Positions 17,650-28,519 of a stretch of 64,000 bases of DNA are shown here, piece after piece (the stretch's first letter is position 1; every line of letters starts with the position of its first letter). The notes below the pieces were generated by a model. The model saw only the letters and a program-made list of their open reading frames with translations. It was not told the origin of the DNA and did not search any database. Made by a program: the position numbers and the translations under genes. The stretch comes from Patescibacteria group bacterium (GTDB taxonomy: Bacteria; Patescibacteriota; Minisyncoccia; UBA6257; GWB1-50-10): positions 423,062 through 487,061 of the forward strand of contig JANBVK010000001.1 of assembly GCA_024239035.1 (NCBI GenBank). Reading direction: 5' to 3'.

Positions 17650-18900
17650 TTAGTAAGAAAGAGGAAATTTTCTGCAGAGACGTAAAATTTCTTTTTTGGT
17701 GGCAGTAGCGGATGTTTCTTTCAAAAGTGTCTGCGATATTAATTCCGCAATTATTTTCATTTCTTTCTCTTTCATGCCGCGGGTGGTAATCGCCGGTGTG
17801 CCAATACGGATACCCGAGGGGTTAAAAGGTGAACGTCTGTCGTAGGGAACGGTGTTCCGGTTAACAACGATCCCCACTTTTTCCAGTTGTTCTTGAGCAT
17901 CTTTACCGGGAATATCGAAATTAGTGAGATCAAGCAGCATTAAGTGATTATCGGTGCCGTCTGATACTAATTGGAAGTTATGTTTTTTTAATGCTGCAGC
18001 TAAGGCTCTGGCATTTTTTACAATTTGTCTTGCATATTTTTTAAAGGATGGTTCTAGTGTTTCTGATAAACATACTGCTATAGCGGCAGTTTGATTGTCG
18101 TGCGGCCCGCCTTGCAGGGCTGGAAAGACAGCTTTATCAATTGAAGTAGCAATATCGGTTTTGTGGTGCTCCGCGATTTTGGAATTGCGATTTGCAAAGA
18201 TGATTGCGCCACGCGGTCCCCGAAGCGTCTTGTGAGTAGTTGTGGTTACCACATCAGCATAAGGAAACGGTGAGGAATGAACTCTTGCAGCAACAAGCCC
18301 GGCGATGTGGGCCATATCCACCATAAGATAAGCGCCAACATTATGGGCAATAGCTGCAAACTTTTTAAAGTCGAAAAATCTGGAATAGGCCGTAGCGCCA
18401 GCGATGATAATTTTGGGTTTCTCTTTTTTCGCTAGTTTTTGGACCTCGCTATAATTGATGAGTCCGTTGCGCCCCACGGGATATTGAACTGATTTGTAGA
18501 ATCGGGCGGAGAAACTCACCTTCCAACCGTGGGTAAGGTGTCCCCCGAACGGCAGACTCATGCCCATGATTTTTTCTCCCGGGTTGAGAAGAGCGTAATA
18601 CACAGCCATATTGGCGGGGGAGCCGGAATACGGTTGAACGTTTACGTGCCACTGTTTGCCAAGGTGGAAAGCCCTCCGCGCTAATTCGCGGGCCATCTCT
18701 TCAACTTGGTCAATAATTTCATTTCCCCCATAGTAGCGCTTCCCAGGATATCCTTCAGAGTACTTGTTTGTGAGAGCTGAACCTAGCGCTTTTAGCACGT
18801 CTTTTGAGACGTAATTTTCTGAAGCAATCAGGTTGATTGTATTATTCTGTCGTTTCAGCTCTTTTTTAATGAGCTGCTTGATTGTTATTTTGTCGTGCAT
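17650..18900 (-). CDS. glyA: Serine hydroxymethyltransferase
   Basis: LIASENY, NKYSEGYPGKRYYGG, GGHLTHG and PLP-lysine motif TTTTHKTLRGPRG. Confidence 0.98.
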   Translation of the reverse strand: MHDKITIKQLIKKELKRQNNTINLIASENYVSKDVLKALGSALTNKYSEGYPGKRYYGGNEIIDQVEEMARELARRAFHLGKQWHVNVQPYSGSPANMAVYYALLNPGEKIMGMSLPFGGHLTHGWKVSFSARFYKSVQYPVGRNGLINYSEVQKLAKKEKPKIIIAGATAYSRFFDFKKFAAIAHNVGAYLMVDMAHIAGLVAARVHSSPFPYADVVTTTTHKTLRGPRGAIIFANRNSKIAEHHKTDIATSIDKAVFPALQGGPHDNQTAAIAVCLSETLEPSFKKYARQIVKNARALAAALKKHNFQLVSDGTDNHLMLLDLTNFDIPGKDAQEQLEKVGIVVNRNTVPYDRRSPFNPSGIRIGTPAITTRGMKEKEMKIIAELISQTLLKETSATATKKEILRLCRKFPLSY

Positions 18901-18973
18901 GTGTAGTACTTTACGACAAAACCGCTAGGAATTCTAGCGGCGGTTACACAAAATGGTTATGAATGTTCGGGTG

Positions 18974-20101
18974 CTATTTTCCCCCGGAGGTTTCGGATTC
19001 TTGGTCTTTGCGGAGTTTGAGGATAATCCTTTTTTCCTCTGGTTTTACACCCTCAATGGTAAATGAGTATTCTTCTCCTAAAGAGAGCTCTTTTTTCATC
19101 TCGGGTACACCACCAAACTCAGAAACGTGGATTTGGCCTTGAAGTTGGTTATCAAGGTTTATAATCGCTCCGAACGAATGGAGAGCGTATACTTTCCCAG
19201 TAACCGTTTGGCCTTCGCGGTATTTTTCGGCAGAATCTTTCCAAGGATCCGGTTCCAGAGCTTTCAGTGAGAGTGAGATTTTGCCGTCTTTTATTTCTGT
19301 AATTTTTGCTTTTACGGCATCGTCAACATTTACTATCTCCTTCGGGTTGTTGACTATGCGATGATCTAATTCAGATACGTGGATTAATCCCTCTACTTCT
19401 GGATTGTCGGTGAACTTTATAAAAACCCCGAAATCAGCTACCCCGGAGACGATCCCCTCAATTACTTGCCCGACCTCATAATTCTTGGTTAACTCTTTAC
19501 TTGAAATCTCAGCAGCGGCTTTTTCGGATACAATAAGTTTGTTGGTACGTGGATTTATGTCTATTATTTTTACGGTTAACTCTTCACCGACTAATTTTTG
19601 GAGAGTCAGAGTTATTTGAGATCTATCTTCTGCGGAAACTCGCGGGTAGTGTTCACTTGAGAGTTGTGATACTGGAAGGAAAGCTTGAAGACCGTTTAAG
19701 TTGGCGATAAGGCCGCCTTTATTGAAACTCTTGGGGGTTACTTTCAGAACCTCGTCTGACTCATGTAATTCTTGAACTTCAGTCCAGGCTTTTTGTCTCC
19801 CAGCTTCGGTTAGTGATAATTCAGTGACTCCCTCTTCGTTGTCTATTTCAATTACTTTGCCATGAACCGGATCGCCAACCTTGAGACCTCTTACAATATC
19901 CCGCGCGTTTTGCATCTCCCGTCGGTAAACTACGCCAGTCCCATGCCTCCCTAAATCGACTACCATCATGTTACTGCCTTTTTCTAAAATACTTCCCTGG
20001 ACTAAATCACCCAACTTTAACATCGAGAACAAATCAGGTTTGTTTTTTATAAACTGTTTGAAGAATTGCTGAACGAAATTTTTATTATTTACTGAGTGCA
20101 T
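18974..20101 (-). CDS. rpsA: S1 RNA-binding domain protein (30S ribosomal protein S1-like, four S1 repeats)
   Basis: AFLPVSQL, FGVFI...EGLIHVSEL and QIHVSEF repeats. Confidence 0.85.
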   Translation of the reverse strand: MHSVNNKNFVQQFFKQFIKNKPDLFSMLKLGDLVQGSILEKGSNMMVVDLGRHGTGVVYRREMQNARDIVRGLKVGDPVHGKVIEIDNEEGVTELSLTEAGRQKAWTEVQELHESDEVLKVTPKSFNKGGLIANLNGLQAFLPVSQLSSEHYPRVSAEDRSQITLTLQKLVGEELTVKIIDINPRTNKLIVSEKAAAEISSKELTKNYEVGQVIEGIVSGVADFGVFIKFTDNPEVEGLIHVSELDHRIVNNPKEIVNVDDAVKAKITEIKDGKISLSLKALEPDPWKDSAEKYREGQTVTGKVYALHSFGAIINLDNQLQGQIHVSEFGGVPEMKKELSLGEEYSFTIEGVKPEEKRIILKLRKDQESETSGGK

Positions 20102-20241
20102 ATGAGCTCGTATGTTACCATAAGCCTTGTCGGAAAATCAACCTAGGAACTGATTTAAGCCAGATTTGTATTGAAATACAGAGGAAAGAAGCGTATAATA
20201 GATAATGGAGGTAGTTAGTTACTGCCTAGGCTTACTAGTGC

Positions 20242-20814
20242 ATGGTAATCACATACCACGGTGATAATTATTTTAAAATTCAATCAGGCAATATAACAGT
20301 TCTCATTGACCCGACTAGCGGGCGATCATTTCGGGGAGCGGATTTGATTTTAAATACCCTTAAACCATCTCCCGTTTCATCACCGATCGATGGAACTGAC
20401 TGTTTTTGGATTGATCATCAGGGCGAGTATGAAAGAAAGGGTATAGGAGTGCGGGGTTGGAGTGCAGGCAGCGAAGGCGGAAAAGAAAAAACTATCTACC
20501 GAGTAGTCTTTGATGAAATCAATCTATTGGTATTGGGTCACCTCACAAAAGAACCTGATAAAGAAGTAAGAGAATACCTGAGCGGCGCTGATGTCGTTTT
20601 TATCCCTGCCGGCGGTAATCCTTTCATTTCTCAATCGACTGCTGCGAAGTTAATAAGACAAATTGAGCCCAGTATTGTTATTCCCTCGCTTTTTAAAAAC
20701 CCGAGAAATTTTCTTAGAGAATTTAATCAACCGAAATGCGACTTTGAGGAGAAACTGGTTATAAAAAGTAAGAATTTAAGGCCTGGCACAATGGAAATTA
20801 AATGTTTAAAGTAA
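20242..20814 (+). CDS. MBL-fold metallo-hydrolase-like protein (degenerate metal site)
   Basis: ITYHGDNYFKIQ..VLIDP, GEYE, DVVFIPAGG and IEPSIVIP framework; HxHxDH is absent. Confidence 0.75.
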   Translation: MVITYHGDNYFKIQSGNITVLIDPTSGRSFRGADLILNTLKPSPVSSPIDGTDCFWIDHQGEYERKGIGVRGWSAGSEGGKEKTIYRVVFDEINLLVLGHLTKEPDKEVREYLSGADVVFIPAGGNPFISQSTAAKLIRQIEPSIVIPSLFKNPRNFLREFNQPKCDFEEKLVIKSKNLRPGTMEIKCLK

Positions 20815-20836
20815 ACACTGTTTCTATAGGCGTACA

Positions 20837-21274
20837 ATGTCAGTGGACGTAAACAAAATTGTAAGAGACGCGAGGTCACGCTTGAGGAAACTGCAGAGGG
20901 CGGATGATAGAACTAAAAAACGCTATTTAGTGGTGGCATCAGCTGCAACAATGACGTTGGTAATCGGATTATGGTTTGTTTATCTTAATCTAAGTTTACC
21001 CCGAGTTAATGAGGCAGAGTCAGTCGTTACCGGCGTCGGTGTCCTGAATCAAGACGAGGAAACTGAAGAATCTTTTATAAAAGTGCTTGGTCGCGGCTTT
21101 GTGAACGTCGGGCAGGGATTTAATAAACAATTTGTGCGGTTTAGAGACAGTTTAGCGGAAGGTCTTGTTTTTTTGAATAACCGAATCGGAAAAGTTAAAG
21201 AGTTCTCTTTTCAGGGCGAAGAGTTGAATTTTACCTTTAAAGAAGAAGCTATTCCCCCGACGTCATTACCTTAA
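20837..21274 (+). CDS. Hypothetical single-TM protein
   Basis: 145-aa ORF in an operon upstream of gyrA. Confidence 0.7.
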   Translation: MSVDVNKIVRDARSRLRKLQRADDRTKKRYLVVASAATMTLVIGLWFVYLNLSLPRVNEAESVVTGVGVLNQDEETEESFIKVLGRGFVNVGQGFNKQFVRFRDSLAEGLVFLNNRIGKVKEFSFQGEELNFTFKEEAIPPTSLP

Positions 21275-21286
21275 TTTCAGAGCCTT

Positions 21287-23770
21287 ATGGTTAATAATAA
21301 ACCTAAAAATACGGAGAAGACGCGGGCCCGTGAAATTACCGAGGAATTGCGGGAGTCGTATTTAGATTACGCAATGTCCGTTATTGTCGCGCGAGCCCTA
21401 CCTGACGTGCGGGATGGTTTGAAACCGGTTCAGCGGCGTATTCTCTGGGCGATGTGGGATAGTAGTTTAACCCACAGTGCCAAATTTAGAAAATCGGCTA
21501 ATGTAGTCGGAGAAGTTTTGGGTAAATATCATCCTCATGGCGATACGGCGCTCTACGATGCTCTCGCACGCATGGCCCAAGATTTCTCTCTCCGTTACCC
21601 GCTAATTGATGGCCAGGGTAATTGGGGGTCGGTTGATGGTGATGCACCGGCAGCTATGCGATACACCGAAGCCCGCCTTTCTCGCATTGCCGAAGAACTC
21701 CTGGTTGATATTGATAAAGAAACCGTTGATTGGCAGCCAAATTATGACAATTCCCGCCTTGAGCCGAAATTTCTTCCTGCCAAACTGCCTAACCTTTTGT
21801 TAAACGGAACGGTGGGCATCGCTGTTGGTATGGCAACTTCTATCCCGCCGCATAACCTTCTCGAGATAGTTGACGCCCTTGTTTATTTAAATAATCACCC
21901 TGACGCAGGCATTAAAGATTTAATGAAATTTATCCCCGGACCTGATTTTCCTACCGGTGGTGTTATCTACGATCGCCGCTCGATTGAGGAAGCGTACACT
22001 ACCGGCCGGGGTTCGATTACCACTCGAGCGGTAGCGAATATTGAAGAGCGAAAAAGCGGCAGTTATCAAATAGTCATTACTGAAATTCCCTATCAAGTGA
22101 ATAAAGCGAACTTAATTATCGTGATTGCAAACCTGGTTCAGGATAAGAGGATAAACGGTATTCGGGATGTTCGCGATGAATCTGATCGGGAGGGGTTGCG
22201 GATAGTGATTGAATTAAAGAATGACAGTTCTCCCCAGAAAATTTTGAACCAACTCTACCAATATTCTGAATTGCAAAAAAATTTCTACTTCAACATGATC
22301 GCCTTAGTAGATGGTCTTCAACCCCAAACCCTTTCCTTAAAAGACGTTCTTAGCTACTACCTTGATCACCGTAGGATTGTTGTTCGCCGTCGCGCGGAAT
22401 TTGATCTAAAAAAAGCTGAAGAGCGAGCTCACATATTAACCGGGCTTGTTAGGGCGCTAAAGGCGATTGATAAAATAATTGCCACAATCAAGAAGTCGAA
22501 AGACAGAGAGACGGCTCAGAAAAATCTGGTCAAGAATTTTAAATTAACCGTCATCCAGGCTAATGCGATTTTGGAAATGAAACTTCAGGCTCTAGCTGCT
22601 CTTGAGCGGAAGAGGATTGAAGACGAACTCAAAAAGAAACAGGAGCTTATAAAAGAACTAAGACTTATTTTGAAAGGTACCAAGAGAATAGCCGGTATTG
22701 TCGAGGATGAGTTTTTAGAATTGAAAAAGAATTTCCCGGAATCGCGTAGAACGAAATTAGTGGCGACAGGCCTTAAAGAATTTCGCGAAGAAGACTTGAT
22801 CCCGGAGGAAGAAATTATTATCACTTTAACTCAAGGAGGTTACATTAAGAGAATGTCTCCTACCTCTTTCCGCGCTCAAAAAAGGGGCGGTAAAGGATTA
22901 ATCGGTTTTGAGTTGAGAGAAGAAGACGTTATTAGCCAGTTTATATCAGCCAGTACGCACGACAACATCCTTTTCTTTACTGACCGAGGGAAAGTTTTCC
23001 AAACTAAAGTGTATGAAATTCCGACTGCGTCGCGAACGGCTAAAGGTAAGTCCATTTATAACTTCTTGGAAATCCCGACGAACGAAAAAGTAAGCGCGGT
23101 TGTCACCTATGGGAATAAATCGCAAAGCCGAGGTGTTAGCGCTCCGCGGTATTTAGTAATGGCGACTACCAAGGGATTAATTAAAAAAACGCCGCTTGAA
23201 GACTTTAAAAATGTTCGGCGAACGGGGATTATCGCAATTAGGTTAAGGTCAGACGATCTCCTAAAGTGGGTGAAGTTATCCTCGGGTGATGACCAGATTG
23301 TTTTGGTCACTGCTCTTGGTCAGGCAATTCGCTTTAAAGAGAAGGAAGTGAGGTGGATGAGTCGGGCGGCGGCCGGAGTTCAGGCAATTCGCCTAAAGAA
23401 AGGAGATTCTGTCACCAGTCTTGGTATAATAAAAGCGGTAGAACCTAATAAGCCAAAAGCCAAAAGCCACAAGCTTCTAGCAGTGATGGCAAATGGTTTT
23501 GCCAAACAGACCCCTCTTAAAGAATATAAATTACAGAGAAGGGGCGGCTCAGGCATCAAGACCGCTAAGGTAACGGATAAAACCGGTCTTGTTATTGCGG
23601 CTAAGGTATTATTAGACGAAGAAATGGAAGAAATTCTGGTGTTTTCTTCAAAGGGTCAGGCTCTCCGGACAAAAATTAAAAATATACGTACAGTCAGTAG
23701 ATCCACTCAAGGAGTGAGAATTATGAATTTGAAGGCCGGAGACGAACTTGTAGGTATTGTCTGCTTATAA
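21287..23770 (+). CDS. gyrA: DNA gyrase subunit A
   Basis: [38 protein letters not shown] and GyrA-box QKRGGKG. Confidence 0.99.
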   Translation: MVNNKPKNTEKTRAREITEELRESYLDYAMSVIVARALPDVRDGLKPVQRRILWAMWDSSLTHSAKFRKSANVVGEVLGKYHPHGDTALYDALARMAQDFSLRYPLIDGQGNWGSVDGDAPAAMRYTEARLSRIAEELLVDIDKETVDWQPNYDNSRLEPKFLPAKLPNLLLNGTVGIAVGMATSIPPHNLLEIVDALVYLNNHPDAGIKDLMKFIPGPDFPTGGVIYDRRSIEEAYTTGRGSITTRAVANIEERKSGSYQIVITEIPYQVNKANLIIVIANLVQDKRINGIRDVRDESDREGLRIVIELKNDSSPQKILNQLYQYSELQKNFYFNMIALVDGLQPQTLSLKDVLSYYLDHRRIVVRRRAEFDLKKAEERAHILTGLVRALKAIDKIIATIKKSKDRETAQKNLVKNFKLTVIQANAILEMKLQALAALERKRIEDELKKKQELIKELRLILKGTKRIAGIVEDEFLELKKNFPESRRTKLVATGLKEFREEDLIPEEEIIITLTQGGYIKRMSPTSFRAQKRGGKGLIGFELREEDVISQFISASTHDNILFFTDRGKVFQTKVYEIPTASRTAKGKSIYNFLEIPTNEKVSAVVTYGNKSQSRGVSAPRYLVMATTKGLIKKTPLEDFKNVRRTGIIAIRLRSDDLLKWVKLSSGDDQIVLVTALGQAIRFKEKEVRWMSRAAAGVQAIRLKKGDSVTSLGIIKAVEPNKPKAKSHKLLAVMANGFAKQTPLKEYKLQRRGGSGIKTAKVTDKTGLVIAAKVLLDEEMEEILVFSSKGQALRTKIKNIRTVSRSTQGVRIMNLKAGDELVGIVCL

Positions 23771-23781
23771 GGGGAAAAGAT

Positions 23782-25083
23782 ATGAATCTAACCAAACCTC
23801 AACTCATTATTATTGGAGCAGTCGGCCTCGTGGTTCTTGTTCTTGTTTTAGTCTTTACTGGTATCTTGCCGGGTCTTAAGAATGAAAAGGGTAAAATTAG
23901 AGCTAATTTAGAATTTTGGGGAGTGTTTGATACCCTCCCGGATTATGAAACAGCTGTTGGAAACTTCAAGAAAATATATCCAGATGTTACGGTAAACTAC
24001 CGAGGTTTTAGCAATGTCAAGGAATACGAGACAACTCTACTGGATAGTCTCGCCGCGGGTAAAGGACCCGATATTTTTATGATTAGAAACAGGTCCTTAC
24101 CCAGGGAGATAAATAAAATTGTATCGGTTCCTCCGACCAAACTTTCTCTTATCCAGCTCCGTAATCTCTTTCCTCAAGTGGTGGAAGCTGACTTCGCTCC
24201 TCAGGGAGCTATTTATGCCCTCCCTCTTTCTTTAGATACTCTGGCTTTGATCTACAATCAGGATTTCTTTAACCAAGCAGCTATTATTGCTCCTCCCGAG
24301 ACGTGGGAGGATTTTGAGAGTCTAATTCCTAAACTTATCAAACGGGACCCGGAAGAAAACATTACTCGGGCAGCAGCGGCAATAGGTGGTTCTCTTAAGA
24401 CCATTGACCGGGCAGGGGACATTTTGAGCATTTTGATGCTTCAAACCGGTGCTAAGATGGTAAGTGATGATTTTGGGGCGGCTACCTTTGCCTCTAACGA
24501 AGGATTGAATGCTTTAAACTTCTACGTTAAATTCGCTGACCCCGAATCACAGGCCTACACTTGGGACGATTCTTTCCCCGGCGCCCTTGACGCTTTCAGT
24601 GAGGAGTTTGTGGTAATGATTTTTGACTACGCCTCCGCCATCCCCGAGATTAAATCAAAAAATCCTTTCATAAATTTTGCCGTTAGCCCTCTCCCTCAAC
24701 CGGAGTCAGCCGATAGGTCAGTTGCATACCCCGACTACTGGGGATATGCCGTCTCCCGCCAAGCCGGAAGGTATCAGAATATAGCTTGGGACTTTGTTAT
24801 CGCGCTTACAACCAAAACCAATAATGCCAGAGGTTATTTTAACAAAACCCGGAAACCGCCGGCGCTAAGAACACTCATTAACGAACGCCTGAACGATCCG
24901 GATTTGGACGTTTTTGTAAGACAAGCGTTAGTTGCCCGTTCGTGGCCCCAGATTGATCCCGATGGCATAGAACAAATTTTTTCCGGGATGATTGAATCGG
25001 TAGTTACCGGAGGTTCGTCCGTGCGGGACGCTATAGAGCAAGCCGAGGAGAGCGTGACGAGGCTTATGCAGAGGCGTTTGTAG
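23782..25083 (+). CDS. ABC-type extracellular solute-binding protein (family 1), membrane-anchored
   Basis: LAAGKGPDIF, YALPLSLDTLALIYN and AWDFV motifs. Confidence 0.85.
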   Translation: MNLTKPQLIIIGAVGLVVLVLVLVFTGILPGLKNEKGKIRANLEFWGVFDTLPDYETAVGNFKKIYPDVTVNYRGFSNVKEYETTLLDSLAAGKGPDIFMIRNRSLPREINKIVSVPPTKLSLIQLRNLFPQVVEADFAPQGAIYALPLSLDTLALIYNQDFFNQAAIIAPPETWEDFESLIPKLIKRDPEENITRAAAAIGGSLKTIDRAGDILSILMLQTGAKMVSDDFGAATFASNEGLNALNFYVKFADPESQAYTWDDSFPGALDAFSEEFVVMIFDYASAIPEIKSKNPFINFAVSPLPQPESADRSVAYPDYWGYAVSRQAGRYQNIAWDFVIALTTKTNNARGYFNKTRKPPALRTLINERLNDPDLDVFVRQALVARSWPQIDPDGIEQIFSGMIESVVTGGSSVRDAIEQAEESVTRLMQRRL

Positions 25084-25088
25084 AGAAC

Positions 25089-25499
25089 ATGAAATACATA
25101 TTGATAATATTTATTACGCTCTTTATTGTCTTCCCTCTTTTTCCAGGAGTTGCTTCTGCTCAACTGAACATTTGGGAAGACACAGGACAGCCGGGAAGAG
25201 CGACGTGTAATATAGACGGACCTTGTACTTTTTGTGACGCGCTCAAAGTTACTTCAAACGTTGTCCAACTCCTTTTCCAAGTAGCAATACCGATTGCGGT
25301 CGCGATGATTATATATGGTGCCCTCCGCTTAATGTTTGCCGGCGGATCTCAAGAACGGATAACCCAGAGCAGGAAGATTATGACAAGCGCTGTAATTGGT
25401 TTGATTATCGCCCTTAGCGCCTGGATTATTGTAAATACCCTGCTTCACGTTTTAACCGGTAATCCCAGTTTCCCCTGGAATGAGATTACATGTTCTTGA
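25089..25499 (+). CDS. TrbC/VirB2-like pilin
   Basis: Signal peptide, Cys pair, two TMs linked by AGGSQERITQSRK..VIGLII. Confidence 0.8.
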   Translation: MKYILIIFITLFIVFPLFPGVASAQLNIWEDTGQPGRATCNIDGPCTFCDALKVTSNVVQLLFQVAIPIAVAMIIYGALRLMFAGGSQERITQSRKIMTSAVIGLIIALSAWIIVNTLLHVLTGNPSFPWNEITCS

Positions 25500-25523
25500 A
25501 AAGTGAGCTGTTATAATAATTAT

Positions 25524-25925
25524 ATGAAACTTTTTGGATTATTTATTGTTTCTCTTGTTGTCTTCGCTCTTGTTTTTTCCGCACCGCTTGCTTTTGCGCA
25601 GGTAGGTACTGGTGGTCCTACCGTTGGAACAGGGAGTGGAGGTTGTGGAGAAGGATTATTACCAAATCCTCTAGGAGGAGAAACATGCACCATTCCCGAA
25701 TTATTAGAGAGAATCGTTGGTTTTCTCGTCCTTATTGCCTCGCCGATTGCAGCGGGAATGATTATTTATGGTGCATTTCAGATACTTTTTGCCGCCGGTG
25801 ACCCAGAAAAGTTTAAGATAGGAAAACGCACAATTCTTTACACAATTGTTGCCTATGCTATAATATTCATCGGTTGGGGAATTGTAAGTATTATTGAAGA
25901 CGTATTAGGAGGAGGAGGATTATAA
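25524..25925 (+). CDS. TrbC/VirB2-like pilin
   Basis: Signal peptide, LPNPL motif, AAGDPEKFKIGKRTI..IVAY. Confidence 0.8.
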   Translation: MKLFGLFIVSLVVFALVFSAPLAFAQVGTGGPTVGTGSGGCGEGLLPNPLGGETCTIPELLERIVGFLVLIASPIAAGMIIYGAFQILFAAGDPEKFKIGKRTILYTIVAYAIIFIGWGIVSIIEDVLGGGGL

Positions 25926-25992
25926 AGAGCCCCAACTCGATATGGTATAATAATCCCAGAAAAGGTCGAAGTTTTTGTTCACGACTAGTTAT

Positions 25993-26349
25993 ATGTCTAT
26001 TACGTCTATTAAAAAAATCGCTTTGTTTCTACCATTAATTATAATGGTAGCCCTACCTTTAGTAGGATTTGCCCAACCAGCAGAAGCTCCCATAACGGAT
26101 ATTGCAGGAGTTGAGAGCTTGCTAAACAGGATTCTTAACATTGTTTTCGTCATCTTCTTTATTATTGCCGTACTCTTTATTATTTTAGCTGCGTTCGGTT
26201 ATTTAACCGCTGGCGGGGATGATGAAAAGATAAAATCAGCAAAACAAAAGTTAATCTATGCAATTGTGGCTATTGTGGTTGCGCTCTTGGCTACGGGAAT
26301 AGATAATATTGTAGAAGGTATTTTGGAGGGAGGAGAACTTACCCGATAA
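25993..26349 (+). CDS. TrbC/VirB2-like pilin
   Basis: Signal peptide, YLTAGGDDEKIKSAKQKLIYAIVA. Confidence 0.82.
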   Translation: MSITSIKKIALFLPLIIMVALPLVGFAQPAEAPITDIAGVESLLNRILNIVFVIFFIIAVLFIILAAFGYLTAGGDDEKIKSAKQKLIYAIVAIVVALLATGIDNIVEGILEGGELTR

Positions 26350-26370
26350 GAGAGTTAGGAATTAATACTT

Positions 26371-26403
26371 AAAACCCGCCAAGCATTCTGCTTGGCGGGT
26401 TTT
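26371..26403 (+). terminator. Intrinsic terminator after the pilin cluster (bidirectional-type)
   Basis: aaaacccgccaagca-ttc-tgcttggcgggtttt. Confidence 0.8.
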
Positions 26404-26435
26404 GGTTTACAAGGAAGATACGGCTCCCGAGAAAT

Positions 26436-26467
26436 AAAACACCCCGCAAGACATTCGCCTTGCGGGG
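26436..26467 (-). terminator. Intrinsic terminator of the SPFH unit
   Basis: ccccgcaag...cttgcgggg stem with an A-run on its left (U-tract on the minus strand). Confidence 0.7.
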
Positions 26468-26474
26468 CTTACTA

Positions 26475-27335
26475 CTAACTACCTTTTGGTAAAGCTGATA
26501 TGGTCACCGAAGTGGTTACCCCGCTTTTTGAGTGGATATCCACAGCGAATCCGGGAATTACATCCACAGCGCTCTCGCCGTCGCGGACAAGTTCCCCGTT
26601 GATATACGCTTCCCCATCAGGCGCTATATCAAACACCCTACCATCGAGAAGACGCATTTCGATGGTATCGTCGGGTATGGTTTGCAACCAGTGGCGGAAA
26701 GGGATAGCTACCCTAACCCACACACTGTCAACCTCAATCGTCTGGGGGGTTGATGTAGCAGAAACCGTTCTCGCTGTCGCTGGTTGTGCTGCTGCTGGCT
26801 GTGCGTCGCCGCTGAACCACCCTTTCCACTTCTCAAACCACCCTTCAGTATTTACTCCGCTCACCATAAGAATGACGATTAGACTGAAGGCGAGGCCTGC
26901 TGATCCTTTTCCTACAGTCCCGGCATCGATTGGTATGCCGGTTGGTTTGAACAATGTTACAATGACCGCAGGTAGGGGGACAAGGAAAAGGGATACGGTT
27001 GAAAGAATAACCGCAGCGGCCAATTTCGATACCCCCATAAAATCAGCTAACCTTCCAAGGTTGGTGTAGCCGAGCCACCCTAGATACAAGTAGAAGCCAA
27101 GCAGCAGGATGAAGATAGCTAGCCCGCTTACTAACTTGTTTTCGAGGAAACTCTTGAGCCTTTCTGCTGGTAGTTTCCATGCTGCTATCCCAATAGCGAT
27201 AGCAACTGCCACTGGTAACCAGAAGAATGATAGGATTGTAAAGAGCGGCTTGAAAACCAACCATAGGAGTCCGACGAGGATGCCGGCCGCCGGTATAGCT
27301 AAGAGCCAACGTCGGCCTTTAGTGACATGAGTCAC
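26475..27335 (-). CDS. Hypothetical multi-pass membrane protein with a C-terminal beta-rich soluble domain
   Basis: 286-aa ORF, ~5 TMs, AAQP linker, Shine-Dalgarno GAGGTGA upstream. Confidence 0.75.
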   Translation of the reverse strand: MTHVTKGRRWLLAIPAAGILVGLLWLVFKPLFTILSFFWLPVAVAIAIGIAAWKLPAERLKSFLENKLVSGLAIFILLLGFYLYLGWLGYTNLGRLADFMGVSKLAAAVILSTVSLFLVPLPAVIVTLFKPTGIPIDAGTVGKGSAGLAFSLIVILMVSGVNTEGWFEKWKGWFSGDAQPAAAQPATARTVSATSTPQTIEVDSVWVRVAIPFRHWLQTIPDDTIEMRLLDGRVFDIAPDGEAYINGELVRDGESAVDVIPGFAVDIHSKSGVTTSVTISALPKGS

Positions 27336-27343
27336 GATTCACC

Positions 27344-28330
27344 TCACTTTCGTTCCAGAAGTTCTTGGAGTTTGCCCAGGAAGCTTTCAGCTTCGCTTGG
27401 TGCGGCCGTACTTTCTGCCTCTTTCCTCTCTTGCCGTCGGGTTTCCAACCGCTCTCGGTTGATGTCCCGAAGCGTTGTCGCCACTGTTGAAACCGACTGG
27501 GCAATAGCCGCTGGCATGTTTCCGCGAAGCGGTTCTGACACCGCTTGCGCTACCGAGCCAGCCTCGTGAGCTTTAGCGTCAGCCAGTTCCCTAATACGGG
27601 AAGCTTCGGACTGAACCATCTCATTGTAGTCGTAGACGTCAATGCCGACGACTTCGTAACCGCTGTGGAACTCCATAGGCTCACCAGGAGCGATTTCCAC
27701 TAGCACTGGTTTTTTGAGCTTTTCGTTGGTTTTTCTCTGTACCTCCTGTGCTACATCATCTTCTGATTCGAGGAGTTGTTTAAATGTCCTTTTGCCCAGT
27801 TCAGCCCTCAATGAGGCAAAAGTTGTTGACTCAATGTCTGCCCTTGATTCGGGTGTGTTGAGCCCACCGTAAGAGCGCAGAGCGTGATAGGGGACAGTGA
27901 GACGGAAGAACACCCTCATAAAGACCTCGATGGCTATCTTCCTATCCCCATCAATGTAGTAGAGTTTTTGCTTTTCGTTCTCTTCGTTGTCGTGCAGACG
28001 TTGCCGTGCAGTGGTTTCGTGCTCAATAGAGTGAAATGGCCAGAAAGTAAGCCACCAGCCCTTCTTGAGTTTACGGATGGCTCTTCCGAAGAGGAAGAGG
28101 ATGGCTACTTCCGGCTCCCTGACGATGTAGAGAGCGATGAGGAAATAGAGAAAGGCGAGAGAGATGAAGATGAGCGCCTGAGGTCCTTTGCCGAAAAAGG
28201 CAAGGATGAGACCGAGGAATAGGATTGAGAGAAAAACAACCCAACCAATCCACAGCGGACCTTCGGGTAGGTCTTCTTCGGGCGAGGATGGGGACTGAGG
28301 AACGAGGTTCTTTAGGAATTCCCAGTTCAT
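27344..28330 (-). CDS. SPFH/band-7 domain membrane protein (divergent)
   Basis: Two TMs then IVREPEVAILFLFGRAIRKLKKGWWLTFWPF, SLRAELGKRTFKQLL and GYEVVGIDV; SD GGAG. Confidence 0.7.
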   Translation of the reverse strand: MNWEFLKNLVPQSPSSPEEDLPEGPLWIGWVVFLSILFLGLILAFFGKGPQALIFISLAFLYFLIALYIVREPEVAILFLFGRAIRKLKKGWWLTFWPFHSIEHETTARQRLHDNEENEKQKLYYIDGDRKIAIEVFMRVFFRLTVPYHALRSYGGLNTPESRADIESTTFASLRAELGKRTFKQLLESEDDVAQEVQRKTNEKLKKPVLVEIAPGEPMEFHSGYEVVGIDVYDYNEMVQSEASRIRELADAKAHEAGSVAQAVSEPLRGNMPAAIAQSVSTVATTLRDINRERLETRRQERKEAESTAAPSEAESFLGKLQELLERK

Positions 28331-28392
28331 ATTGTGCTCCTACCCATAGGGCGTATAGTGTCAGTGATATTCAAATGCCAAATTTCTATTTT

Positions 28393-28427
28393 ATAATATA
28401 TCATAGAGTATATAGTTTGTCAAATTA
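28393..28427 (-). repeat. Promoter-containing direct repeat, copy 1
   Basis: ataatatatcatagagtatatagtttgtcaaatta; minus strand reads TTGACA-N17-TATATT with TG before the -10. Confidence 0.9.
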
Positions 28428-28449
28428 CAGTTTTTAGTAACAGTTTATG

Positions 28450-28487
28450 AAAAAAGTAACACCATCAGTTTATGCTGATGGTGTTAC
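28450..28487 (-). terminator. Intrinsic terminator of the zinc-finger unit
   Basis: gtaacaccatcag...ctgatggtgttac stem with an A6 run on its left. Confidence 0.8.
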
Positions 28488-28519
28488 ATTAAAAAAAACG
28501 CGTATGCGGTGTAAAGCAT

